Shown: positions 1-11,924, numbered from the stretch's first letter. The stretch is DNA of 64,000 nucleotides from Felis catus (GCF_018350175.1 NC_058368.1:194372001-194436000); one strand, 5' to 3'. Notes: a model not told the origin generated them from the letters alone. Numbers and translations: made by a program.

Positions 1-54
1 ACCTGAGCCAAGATCAAGAGTTGGACGCTTAACTGACTGAGCCACCCAGCTGCC
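1..54 (-). mobile_element. Can-SINE, tRNA-derived head, cut by window edge
   Basis: Reverse complement reads GGCAGCTGGGTGGCTCAGTCAGTTAAGCGTCCAACTCTTGATCTTGGCTCAGGT, the Can-SINE A-box head. Confidence 0.85.
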
Positions 55-399
55 AAGATGCAATTTCCTCTTTTGCCTTGCTCTATGGGTGACCTTTGTC
101 CCTTAATGAAAATTCTTATAGACTCCAAGACTATTCTTGTCACCTTTAGGTAAAAAGTTAATCTTTAAGACACAAAACTTTGTATCAATTCAGTAACAAG
201 CAATTTCTAGTCAACAGTTTAATCTTTATGGCAAAGTGAGTTTTATTTCCCTTTCTGGAAACAAATTAGATCTAGTTGTAGGTGGACCACATTTTGGTTG
301 GTTTGGTACTAGGTTCTTTTCTTTTTCCTTTTCAGATGTCTCTTCTTCTTGAGATTGCCAATAGTTACTATTGAATGTTGAGCCCTGGCATCCTCTGCC

Positions 400-1425
400 C
401 CTTCCTTGGTTCTCAGAAAACTAGCAGTCAGGCCTCCCCTTTCAGGCAGACATTAAAAGAATCTCTTCTGGGGAATCTGATTAGCTTAAGAGGAAAGACC
501 TAAAGATATTCACATTTGGGGGACTCCCTCCACCCCCAGGAAAGGATCCTTTCAGATAACCTCCAGTAAAGCCCACTGTTGACCAGCACCAACTTCATGC
601 TCAATGCTTCTACTAGATTTCAAGTGCCCCACTCTTACGTAAGAAACAAGGATCCCAAACATCTGACAATATTTTTTTTTGGAAAATATCAAGCCCCAAA
701 TGTAAAATGCAGCTGAAAGCCATGACATTTAAAAAACATCTTACTGATATCCCAACATACCTTCCAAACTAATAGCAAATATTTAATCAATAAAACATGG
801 CTAGGATGCAAAAAGGGGTATGTTTCTGAAAAACCAAACAGAGCTCTTACATATTAAAAAGTTTAGCAGAAACTTAAGTCTCACAGAAGTGTTAGAAAAT
901 AAAGTTTAGGGAAAGTAGGAAGTAGAGCAAAAAGAGAGGGAGAGAGAGACCTGGGTGGCTCAGTCCATTAAGCATCCGACTCTTGGTTTCCACTCAGTTC
1001 ATGATCTCCCAGTTTTGTGAATTTGAGTCCTACATTGGGCTTCTCACTGTTAGCACATAGCCTGCTTGGGATTCTCTGTCTCCCTCTCTCTCTGCCCTGC
1101 CCCAACTTGTGCTGTCTCTCTCAAATAAACTTAAAAAAAAAAAGATAGATTTAAAATTGCAGCAATACGTGCATTCCAACATCCAAATAACAGGAATCCT
1201 AGAAATAAAGAACAAAGTACATTTGGGGAAGAACAGCATTAAAATTTTTCAAAAAAAAAAAAAAGTCCTAGATTCAAAGAGCATGTTGTTACAGATCAAG
1301 GGCATCCATCAAATTCCCAGAACAATAAATAAAAACAGACTCATTTCAAGACATCATTACATGATGACATTTTAGGATACTGCAGATAGAAAGTAGATCC
1401 TACAAGATTCCAGAAACAGAGAGGG
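400..1425 (+). mobile_element. Ancient L1M 5'/ORF1 relic interrupted by a SINE
   Basis: A-rich; 1177-1205 encodes SNIQITGILE, similar to ORF1p NIRIIGIPE in the young L1s of this window; later RHHYMMTF resembles the RHIIVK motif. Confidence 0.55.
945..1143 (+). mobile_element. Can-SINE
   Basis: CCTGGGTGGCTCAGTC head, (CT)n tract, AATAAA and A tail. Confidence 0.9.
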
Positions 1426-1469
1426 AAAAAAATCACTAATGTTTTTTAAATTTAATACATCAAAATTGA

Positions 1470-1846
1470 GCTTTGAATTTCTTCCCCCTTCAAGCCACAC
1501 ATCTGTTCCTCCCCATCTCGTACATCTTTATTAATGGCCCTGATATCCATCTAGTTGCTCACATTTTTTGATGCCTCACTTCCCCACTTCTAACCAATCA
1601 GGAAGTCCTACTGACTCTAAATCCAAGACTTATCTTGCCTTCATCCCCTTCTCCCCATCTTCGCTACTGTTACCCTAATCCTATCCCCATCTCCTCTCAC
1701 CCAGATTAAAACAGCTGTCTCTTAACTGGTGTTGTTCCTCTCTTGGTCCTTTCCCAACTATGGAATACTTTAGAATTTAAGATCATGTTACTCCTCTGAC
1801 TACTTCCCATTACCCTAAAGATAAAACCAAACATCATTATAACACC
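1470..1846 (+). mobile_element. L2 (LINE2) relic
   Basis: Pyrimidine-rich, with L2-like phrases (atccatctagttgctca; aatcaggaagtcct; ttcccattaccctaaagataaaaccaaac). Confidence 0.5.
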
Positions 1847-2964
1847 TGTAATGAGTTCAAGGGATTTCGCAGCTGATCTAGGAAAAAGATGGCCATGAGA
1901 GGGCAAGAGAACACAACAAGCTTTATTTGATACCACTTTGACAACTTTGCATGGAGAGGAGCAGGGGGTGTGTGTGGAGGGGGGAGGGTAGTCCCCCAAA
2001 GCAGAAGACCTTCCAGAGGCTGCCACACAGGGACCAGCAATCAGAGGGAAAGATGCTGGAAGCCAAGCTATCCCAGCCTGATGGCAAGGCCCTTGCTGTG
2101 GATGGATCGGGACTGCAAGGCGGCCCACCGACAGCGAAGCCTCTTGTACTCCCGCTTTTAGATAATTTGGCCTTAATAAAAGAACCTGGGGAATTGTCTG
2201 TTGGGGAATTGCCCTCGACAGGCCCCCTGGGAAAAGAATCATTAGGAAAAGAAAATAAGGTTCCGCAAGAAAATTGTGCGGCCCTGCATTTAGCCCTTGC
2301 CACCCCCTACAAGACTCCTCTACCTAAAAGAAGGATAGCCTCGTACATTTGCCAGCAAAGAAAGGAACCAATGGACTTAAAAGCCCCACTCCGGCAACTA
2401 AGTAGTGTATCTATGGGCACAAGTTACTCCAACCCCTAGGCCCATTTGGCCCCTAGGAGGCGTTCCAGATGATGACTGAACCCAGTTGGTTAAGGTACAG
2501 AATGGTTCATTAGTTCCTAGGTGCATTGTCTCTCTGAGAATATATAAGGCGTGGCTTTCTAAGGCCCTCTTGGCCCCCTTGTGGCACCTCGGACCCAGGT
2601 GAACACTTTTGTTCCTCAAACCACAAATAGTTCGGGGAAACAACTAAGAGGTCATGTCCCCGTAACTGTTCCACTTGAGGTGTCGAGAGATAAATGACCT
2701 TTCATGAAAACAGCAAAGCAAATACTTTATAGATTATCAATAAAACATAGATACATAATAAAAACAATAAAAGAAATTAATCAATAAGCAAAGGGCAGGA
2801 GGGAACGTTATGAGAAAATAACCATGCTATTCCTTAAAGGGTGATTACACATAGCAACATTTGTAGAATTAGGTAATGCTAGAAAACATAGATGACGTAT
2901 GTCACAAGGAAATTGCTAGCAAATATAATGCCACGTTTGCCACAATGAAGCGGCCAGTTCAACA
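1847..2964 (-). mobile_element. Long (~1.1 kb) LTR-like retroviral element, family unassigned
   Basis: Minus strand runs TGTTGAAC...CTCATTACA; AATAAA (rc 1922-1927) followed by a GT-rich tract about 75 bp before the end; flanks CACC / CACT; CpGs retained. The right boundary is less certain. Confidence 0.6.
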
Positions 2965-3089
2965 CACTGCTGTCATCTGTGTCCATTTTTATTTTTGTTT
3001 TTTATTTTCATCTTGGTTTATTTTCACTTTTTCTCCAACGCAGTGCATCCTTCAGGAACCCCTGGACCTGCTGGAGCTGGACTCTGGCA
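2965..3089 (+). mobile_element. 3' (U5) end of a second ERV LTR
   Basis: Ends GGAACCCCTGGACCTGCTGGAGCTGGACTCTGGCA, which I recall as an LTR terminus in carnivore genomes. Confidence 0.5.
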
Positions 3090-4268
3090 GAAAGAGGGCA
3101 AGGAAACTCCAGGGTCAGGAGAAGCAGAAGAGGGCTCATATTCAGGTGATAATTGCTCTGCAGCCCAGTGGGGAGTCTCTGGGTCAGTGAGCTCAGTACA
3201 GCAGCAGAGACTGAGGCCTTTGCAAATCTGGAGTTTATCCTACCTATGCCTAGCAGATGATGAGTGCTATTTTACACTGTACACAAAGCAAGTAGGCTCT
3301 ACATGGGAGTTAGAAGATATGATCTTTAGTCCCCATTGAACCCTGGCCTTCGATAAATCTCCTAAGTATTTAATGTTGATGTTTCAGTTTGTTGGTTCGT
3401 TTGTTCGTTCACTCGTTCACTTATTCAGCATTTGCTCTTTTAATAAATACCGCACTCAAACGGGAAATATGAATGTGAACAGGCAGATAGGATTCTTGCC
3501 TTCATGGTTCTTACAGTCCTGTAGGCAACAAAGGTGACTGCATCATAGTACAGTAGGTGCTAGGATTAGTGTGCCACAAAACGCCAACACAGCTTACATT
3601 GTAACAATGAAGGTAAAGGATGCTTCTCAATGATAGTCAAGTCCAAGCTTTAAAAATTCAAGACAGGGAGCAATGTAGCCTGGGGCTGGAAGGTAAGCAA
3701 TGTCTTAAGCAGGAAATACCTCCTAAGCCACGTGAACGAAATGAGAATTCTGAGAAGGTATCCTAAGTGCAGGGAGAAGCTACTGGAGGGATATCAGAAT
3801 TACATGAGAAGGATTACTTGACCCACAATGTGAAAAACGGATTGGAAGGAGGCCATACTAGAGGCAGACAGCCTTGTAAAGGAGCCATTATAGTAGTTCT
3901 CAAGAACAATAATGATGTCCTGAGTTAGGATAAAGGTGGTGGCAATGAGTGCTCTGAAAAGATTCAAAGGAACTTTGGGTGAATTCAATGGAGCTTCAGA
4001 TGGACTCAAGAGAGCTTTGTGATTTCTATCATCACTAGGACTCAACAGATACAAGTGGTGGGGGAGTTGAGTCAAGGATGCTTAGCCTTCCACTGCTTCC
4101 CTTTTCACTGAGCTGATTCTCCTACAGTATTTTAATCCAGAGTAGATTTTTATTTCCCTCATGCCAACAATAGTAATAGAGTTGTCCACATACGACAATC
4201 TTAACACCTGCCTTATGGAATAGGCAATTGAAATCAGAAAAGAAGTGGGGCTAGAAAAGCAAACCTAA

Positions 4269-5192
4269 GGGGAAGATGGCGGTGTAGGAGGACGCTGGGC
4301 TCACCGCGCGTCCTGCTGATCACTTAGATTCCACCTACACCTGCCTAAATAACCCAGAAAACCGCCAGAGGATTAGCAGAACTGAGTCGCCGGAGCCAAA
4401 CGCAGACGAGAGGCCCACGGAAGAGGGTAGGAGGGGCGGCGAGGCGGTGCACGCTCCACAGACTGGCGGGAGGGAGCTGGGGCGGAGGGGCAGCTCACCG
4501 GCCAAGCAGAGCCCCCGAGTCTGGCTTGCAAAAGCGGAGGGGCCTGACGGACTGTGTTCCCACAACAAGCGCGACTTAGTGTCTGGGAGGTCATAAGTTA
4601 ACAGCTCTGCTCGGAAAGCGGGAAGGCGGGAGGACAAAGGGAGGGAGAGCTGCTGAGCCCCCCGACGACAGAGCTCAGTTTGGTGGGGAACAAAGGCGCT
4701 CGCCAGCGCCATCTCCCCCGCCCATCCCCCAGCCAAAATCCCAAAAAGAACCAGTTCCTGCCAGGGAACTTGCCTGCTCCGTGCGCAAACACCCAACTCT
4801 GCGCTTCTGCGGAGCCAAACCTCCGGCAGCGGATCTGACTCCCTCCTGCTGCCACAGGGCCCCTCCTGAAGTGGATCACCTAAGGAGAAGCGAGCTAAGC
4901 CTGCCCCTCCTGCCCCCGTGCACCTTGCTTACCCACCCCAGCTAATACGCCAGATCCCCAGCATCACAAGCCTGGCAGTGTGCAAGTAGCCCAGACAGGC
5001 CACGCCACCCCACAGTGAATCCCGCCCCTAGGAGAGGGGAAGAGAAGGCACACACCAGTCTGACTGTGGCCCCAGCGGTGGGCTGGGAGCAGACATCAGG
5101 TCTGACTGCAGCTCCGCCCACCAACTCCAGTTATACACCACAAAACAGGGGAAGTGCCCTGCAGGTCCTCACCATGCCAGGGACTATCCAAA
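4269..5192 (+). promoter_or_regulatory. L1 5'UTR internal promoter, CpG-rich, with YY1-type AAGATGGCG motif at its start
   Basis: AAGATGGCGG at 4273-4282; high GC and CpG density up to the ORF1 ATG at 5193. Confidence 0.8.
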
Positions 5193-6082
5193 ATGACCAA
5201 GCGGAAGAATTCCCCTCAGAAGAATCTCCAGGAAATAACAACAGCTAATGAGCTGATCAAAAAGTATTTAAATAATATAACAGAAAGTGAATTTAGAATA
5301 ATAGTCATAAAATTAATTGCTGGGCTTGAAAACAGTATACAGGACAGCAGAGAATCTCTTGCTACAGAGATCAAGGGACTAAGGAGCAGTCACGAGGAGC
5401 TGAAAAACGCTTTAAACAAAATGCATAACAAAATGGAAACCACCACGGCTCGGATTGAAGAGGCAGAGGAGAGAATAGGTGAACTAGAAGATAAAGTTAT
5501 GGAAAAAGAGGAAGCTGAGAAAAAGAGAGATAAAAAAATCCAGGAGTATGAGGGGAAAATTAGAGAACTAAGTGATACACTAAAAAGAAATAATATACGC
5601 ATAATTGGTATCCCAGAGGAGGAAGAGAGAGGGAAAGGTGCTGAAGGGGTACTTGAAGAAATAATAGCTGAGAACTTCCCTGAACTGGGGAAGGAAAAAG
5701 GCATTGAAATCCAAGAGGCACAGAGAACTCCCTTCAGACGTAACTTGAATCGATCTTCTGCACGACATATCATAGTGAAACTGGCAAAATACAAGGATAA
5801 AGAGAAAATTCCGAAAGCAGCAAGGAGTAAACGTGCCCTCACATATAAAGGGAGACCTATAAGACTCGTGACTGATCTCTCTTTTGAAACTTGGCAGGCC
5901 AGAAAGAATTGGCACGAGATTTTCAGGGTGCTAGACAGAAAAAATATGCAGCTGAGAATCCTTTATCCAGCAAGTCTGTCATTTAGAATAGAAGGAGAGA
6001 TAAAGGTTTTCCCAAACAAAAACTGAAGGAATTTGTCACCACTAAACCAGCCCTACAAGAGATCCTAAGGGGGACCCTGTGA
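5193..6082 (+). pseudogene. L1 ORF1p (coiled-coil/RRM/CTD RNA-binding protein), frameshifted near its C-terminus
   Basis: MTKRKNSPQK...NIRIIGIPEEEE...RHIIVKL...LYPASLSF. The frame breaks at ~6015-6025; the native tail LKEFVTTKPALQEILRGTL* continues in another frame to TGA 6080-6082. Confidence 0.93.
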
Positions 6083-6132
6083 GACAAAGTACCAGAGACA
6101 TCACTACAAGCATAAAACATACAGACATCACA

Positions 6133-9100
6133 ATGACTCTAAACCCGTATCTTTCTATAATAACACTGAATGTAAATGGATTAAATGCGCCAACCAAAAG
6201 ACATAGGGTATCAGGATGGATAAAAAAACAAGACCCATCTATTTGCTGTCTACAAGAGACTCATTTTAGACCTGAGGACACCTTCAGATTGAGAGTGAGG
6301 GGATGGAGAACTATTTATCATGCTACTGGAAGCCAAAAGGAAGCTGGAGTAGCCATACTTATATCAGACAAACTAGACTTTAAATTAAAGACTGTAACAA
6401 GAAATGAAGAAGGACATTATATAATAGTTACAGGGTCTATCCATCAGGAAGAGCTAACAATTATAAATGTCTATGCACCGAATACCAGAGCCCCCAAATA
6501 TATAAAACAATTACTCATAAACATAAGCAACCTTATTGATAAGAATGTGGTAATTGCAGGGGACTTTAACACCCCACTTACAGAAATGGATAGATCATCT
6601 AGACACACAGTCAATAAAGAAACAAGGGCCCTGAATGAGACATTGGATCAGATGGACTTGACAGATATATTTAGAACTCTGCATCCCAAAGTAACAGAAT
6701 ATACTTTCTTCTCGAGTGCACATGGAACATTCTCCAAGATCATATACTGGGTCACAAAACAACCCTTCATAAGTTTACAAGAATTGAAATTATACCATGC
6801 ATACTTTCAGACCACAATGCTATGAAGCTTGAAATCAACCACAGAAAAAAGTCTGGAAAACCTCCAAAAGCATGGAGGTTAAAGAACACCCTACTAACGA
6901 ATGAGTGGGTCAACCAGGCAATTAGAGAAGAAATTAAAAAATATATGGAAACAAACGAAAATGAAAATACAACAATCCAAATGCTTTGGGACGCAGCGAA
7001 GGCAGTCCTGAGAGGAAAATACATTGCAATCCAGGCCTATCTCAAGAAACAAGAAGAATCCCAAATACAAAATCTAACAGCACACCTAAGGAAATAGAAG
7101 CAGAACAGCAAAGGCAGCCTAAACCCAGCAGAAGAAGAGAAATAATAAAGATCAGAGCAGAAATAAACAATATAGAATCTAAAAAAACTGTAGAGCAGAT
7201 CAACAAAACCAAGAGTTGGTTTTTTGAAAAAATAAACAAAATTGACAAACCTCTAGCCAGGCTTCTCAAAAAGAAAAGGGAGATGACCCAAATAGATAAA
7301 ATCATGAATGAAAATGGAATTATTACAACCAATCCCTCAGAGATACAAACAATTATCAGGGAATACTATGAAAAATTATATGCCAACAAATTGGACAATC
7401 TGGAAGAAATGGACAAATTCCTGAACACCCACACTCTTCCAAAACTCAATCAGGAGGAAATAGAAAGCTTGAACAGACCCATAACCAGCGAAGAAATTGA
7501 ATCGGTTATCAAAAATCTCCCAACAAATAAGAGTCCAGGACCAGATGGCTTCCCAGGGGAGTTCTACCAGACGTTTAAAGCAGAGATAATACCTATCCTT
7601 CTCAAGCTATTCCAAGAAATAGAAAGGGAAGGAAAACTTCCAGACTCATTCTATGAAGCCAGTATTACTTTGATTCCTAAACCAGACAGAGACCCAGTAA
7701 AAAAGAGAACTACAGGCCAATATCCCTGATGAATATGGATGCAAAAATTCTCAATAAGATACTAGCAAATCGAATTCAACGGCATATAAAAAGAATTATT
7801 CACCATGATCAAGTGGGATTCATTCCTGGGATGCAGGGCTGGTTCAACATTCGCAAATCAATCAACGTGATACATCACATTAACAAAAAAAAGAGAAGAA
7901 CCATATGATCCTGTCAATCGATGCAGAAAAGGCCTTTGACAAAATCCAGCACCCTTTCTTAATAAAAACCCTTGAGAAAGTCGGGATAGAAGGAACATAC
8001 TTAAAGATCATAAAAGCCATTTATGAAAAGCCCAAGCTAACATCATCCTCAACGGGGAAAAACTGAGAGCTTTCTCCCTGAGATCAGGAACACGACAGGG
8101 ATGCCCACTCTCACCGCTGCTGTTTAACATAGTGCTAGAAGTTCTAGCATCAGCAATCAGACAACAAAAGGAAATCAAAGGCATCAAAATTGGCAAAGAT
8201 GAAGTCAAGCTTTCGCTTTTTGCAGATGACATGATATTATACATGGAAAATCCAATAGACTCCACCAAAAGTCTGCTAGAACTGATATATGAATTCAGCA
8301 AAGTTGCAGGATACAAAATCAATGTACAGAAATCAGTTGCATTCTTATACACTAACAATGAAGCAACAGAAAGACAAATAAAGAAACTGATCCCATTCAC
8401 AATTGCACCAAGAAGCATAAAATACCTAGGAATAAATCTAACCAAAGATGTAAAGGATCTGTATGCTGAAAACTATAGAAAGCTTATGAAGGTAATTGAA
8501 GAAGATTTAAAGAAATGGAAAGACATTCCCTGCTCATGAATTGGAAGAATAAATATTGTCAAAATGTCAATACTACCCAAAGCTATCTACACATTCAATG
8601 CAATCCCAATCAAAATTGCACCAGCTTTCTTCTCGAAACTAGAACAAGCAATCCTAAAATCCATATGGAACCACAAAAGGCCCCGAATAGCCAAAGTAAT
8701 TTTGAAGAAGAAGACCAAAGCAGGAGGCATCACAATCCCAGACTTTAGCCTCTACTACAAAGCTGTCATCATCAAGACAACATGGTATTGGCACAAAAAC
8801 AGACACATAGACCAATGGAATAGAATAGAAACCCCAGAACTAGACCCACAAACGTATGGCCAACTCATCTTTGACAAAGCAGGAAAGAACATCCAATGGA
8901 AAAAAGACAGCCTCTTTAACAAATGGTGCTGGGAGAACTGGGCAGCAACATGCAGAAGATTGAAACTAGATCACTTTCTCACACCATTCACAAAAATAAA
9001 CTCAAAATGGATAAAGGACCTGAATGTGAGACAGGAAACCATCAAAACCTTAGAGGAGAAAGCAGGAAAAGATCTCTCTGACCTCAGCCTCAATCTCTTA

Positions 9101-9946
9101 CTCGACACATCCCCAAAGGCAAGGGAATTAAAAGCAAAAGTGAATTACTGGAACCTTATGAAGATAAAAAGCTTCTGCACAGCAAAGGAAACAACCAACA
9201 AAACTAAAAGGCAACCAACGGAATGGGAAAAGATATTCGCAAATGACATATCGGACAAAGGGCTAATATCCAAAATCTATAAAGAGCTCACCAAACTCCA
9301 CACCCGAAAAACAAATAACCCAGTGAAGAAATGGGCAGAAAACATGAATAGACACTTCTCTAAAGAAGACATCCGGATGGCCAACAGGCACATGAAAAGA
9401 TGTTCAGTGTCGCTCCTTATCAGGGAAATACAAATCAAAACCACACTCAGGTATCACCTCACGCCAGTCAGAGTGGCCAAAATGAACAAATCAGGAGACT
9501 ATAGATGCTGGAGAGGATGTGGAGAAACGGGAACCCTCTTGCACTGTTGGTGGGAATGCAAATTGGTGCAGCCGCTCTGGAAAGCAGTGTGGAGGTTCCT
9601 CAGAAAATTAAAAATAGACCTACCCTATGACCCAGCAATAGCACTGCTAGCAATTTATCCAAGGGATACAGGAGTACTGATGCATAGGGGCACTTGTACC
9701 CCAATGTTCATAGCAGCACTCTCAACAATAGCCAAATTATGGAAAGAGCCTAAATGTCCATCAACTGATGAATGGATAAAGAAATTGTGGTTTATATACA
9801 CAATGGAATACTACGTGGCAATGAGAAAAAATGAAATATGGCCTTTTGTAGCAACGTGGATGGAACTGGAGAGTGTGATGCTAAGTGAAATAAGCCATAC
9901 AGAGAAAGACAGATACCATATGGTTTCACTCTTATGTGGATCCTGA
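6133..9946 (+). pseudogene. L1 ORF2p (APE endonuclease, reverse transcriptase, Cys-rich C-terminus), multiply disrupted
   Basis: EN motifs [32 protein letters not shown] motif FADD (~8218); HCWWECK. Frameshifts near 6740, 7093, 7700, 7890 and 8033, and a TGA at 8537-8539. Confidence 0.95.
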
Positions 9947-10052
9947 GAAACTTAACAGGAACCCATGGGGGAGGGGAAGGAAAAAAAAAAAAAGAGGTTA
10001 GAGTGGGAGAGAGCCAAAGTGTAAGAGACTGTTAAAAACTGAGAACAAACTG

Positions 10053-10096
10053 AGGGTTGATGGGGGGTGGGAGGGAGGAGAGGGTGGGTGATGGGT
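10053..10096 (+). other. G-rich tract of L1 3'UTR (potential G-quadruplex)
   Basis: GGG runs in gagggttgatggggggtgggagggaggagagggtgggtgatggg. Confidence 0.6.
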
Positions 10097-10754
10097 ATTG
10101 AAGAGGGCACCTTTTGGGATGAGCACTGGGTGTTGTATGGAAACCAATTTGACAATAAATTTCACGTATAAAATAAAAAGAAAAAGAAAAAAAAGAAAAA
10201 GAAAAGAAAAACAAACCTAAACCAGCAGAAGGAAGGAAATAATAAAGATGAGAGAAGAAATCGATGATACAGAAACTAAAAAACAATAGACCAGATCAAT
10301 GAAACCAGAAGCTGGTTCTTTGGAAAAAAAAAAATCAATGAAATTGATAAACCTCTAGCTAGAGTTATCAAGAAAAAAAAAAGAAAGAACTCAAAATCCC
10401 AAATGAGAGAGGAAAAATAACAATCAACACTACAGAAAAGAAGTGTAATCAGTTAGGAGTATATTACCTAGCCCCTATGTTTTCACACAAACTCTAAAGC
10501 AGTTGAATTTTGTAAATTTAGATATTTTAGTATTTTTCAATGATCAGAACAAAACATTGAACATCCTAAATATAACCATCCTATTTTAGAACCAAGAGAT
10601 ATCTTAGAGGTAATATGATTTGATATTCTCACTAACTAGGTGAAGAAACTCATGCCCAGGAACAGAATGGGATTTGCTCAAGGTATGTAAACCAGAGAAT
10701 ATGTCCATACTTGAGGTTCCTCGATCTATTCATCCCAATTATGTGCCTCGATAT

Positions 10755-10990
10755 AGCAGAATTCAAGAGATGACAGCCTCTGAAATCAGACTTTTGGGCT
10801 TGAATCCAGGCTTCTCCACTTTCTAGCTTTGTAACTTAGTCACAGTTATAAAACAAAATTTTTTTGAGGTCTCAGTTTCCTCAAAACGACGAAGATTATA
10901 ATACCTACATCATAGGATGACAAAGTTTAAATGAGATAATATACATAAAATTAGGACAGTGACTAAACACAGAAGACACCAACAAGTGTT
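10755..10990 (+). mobile_element. MIR SINE relic
   Basis: ttgaatccaggcttctccactttctagc...tctcagtttcctc...aatacctacatcatagg...aaatgagataat matches the MIR core. Confidence 0.7.
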
Positions 10991-11721
10991 ATCTCTTCCA
11001 ATCATCATTTTTAGTATTAGCATTATCCTTATTATCTTGGTTACTGTTCACTAGAGTCCCCTAGAGATAGTTCAATTACTTCACTTACCCCCTGCCTCCT
11101 AAGTCCCAATGAATTAGAACAAACAGATATTTTGCATGGACCTCTGTAATTCAAGTTTTTTTTTTCTATTGCCCTGACTTTATCCTTTTTTTCATAATGC
11201 CCTCCTGTTACCTATCCATATCTTCTTCATATTTCAGGACTTGCATCCATTCATAACTTTTCAGTGACATTCACCCTGAGCCATCTGCCCTCTGGGCTTC
11301 CCCTCTCCTTCGATCTGCAATTTATAGTTTAATACTGAATCATCCTATCTGGTATGTTTCTAATTGGTCTTTTCCCACAGAAAGATTAGAAGACCTAGAG
11401 ACAATGACCATTTTTTAGCCTTTAATTCCTTCCCCCATCCATCCCCCCTCACCAGAAGAAGCTCTATGTATGTATCAAGATCCCAAATCATTTGGTGAAT
11501 AAATTCAGGTTCAGAATATTAACTTGTTGCCTAATTCTGCTAATTCCCTACCAAGATTCTCCAAATTTTGGACTTCATTGTAGTCCAAACACTTTTTCAA
11601 GGTCCAAAACATTGAAAGGTTTTTCTTATGTGGCACAATACAGGAGGAATTTTGACCGATTTATTTTGAATGAATCTTTTTGTGGTGGTTGTTGTTCTAG
11701 GAAAACACATTTTCTCTGTGT

Positions 11722-11735
11722 CCACTAGATGGCAC
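11722..11735 (+). promoter_or_regulatory. Predicted CTCF motif
   Basis: CCACTAGATGGCAC fits the core consensus CCASYAGRKGGCRS. Confidence 0.6.
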
Positions 11736-11924
11736 CCACATCCCTACACTGATTTTGGAGAAATGGGTGGAAAAATTTGCAAAGTAATAAAAGGAAGGCA
11801 TTGATATAGAGATAACAATAGCACCCAGCCTATTCGCTGTGGTGCCATATATATGATGTAAAGGAGGCAATTATGAGGATGTGTTTATGGAATTTAATAC
11901 AATAAAAAATGTCCCAAGTTTTTT

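Larger units (their letters stand above)
4269..10204 (+). mobile_element. Full-length felid LINE-1 (young, disabled)
   Basis: Starts GGGGAAGATGGCGG; CpG-rich 5'UTR; ORF1 and ORF2; G-rich 3'UTR; A-rich tail; 16-bp TSD AGAAAAGCAAACCTAA (4253-4268) / AGAAAAACAAACCTAA (10205-10220). Confidence 0.97.
4248..10432 (+). mobile_element. Short internal L1 ORF2 fragment (4248-4268 plus 10221-10432) split by the full-length L1
   Basis: 10221-10432 is homologous to ORF2 of the young L1 at ~7125-7350 (accagcagaagg...aataaagat; gaaaccagaagctggttctttg; attgataaacctctagc). Bounded by a perfect direct repeat CAGAAAAGAAGTG at 4235-4247 and 10433-10445. Confidence 0.75.

Noticed and set aside
3044..3145. Host protein-coding exon (CILQEPLDLLELDSG... 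or HPSGTPGPAGAG...)
   Set aside because: The 5' half looks like an LTR terminus, the donor is weak, no partner exons were found and no protein was recognised. Kept only as a cryptic-exon note.
4335..8445. Antisense ORFs within L1 (e.g. 4335-4796, 5390-5842, 8008-8445) as novel genes or an ORF0 analogue
   Set aside because: These are expected shadows of GC-rich UTR or A-rich coding sequence, mostly with non-ATG starts and no independent support.
10221..10445. 3' transduction carried by the full-length L1
   Set aside because: The L1's 16-bp TSD closes at 10220, there is no second poly(A), and the sequence continues the L1 fragment that starts at 4248.
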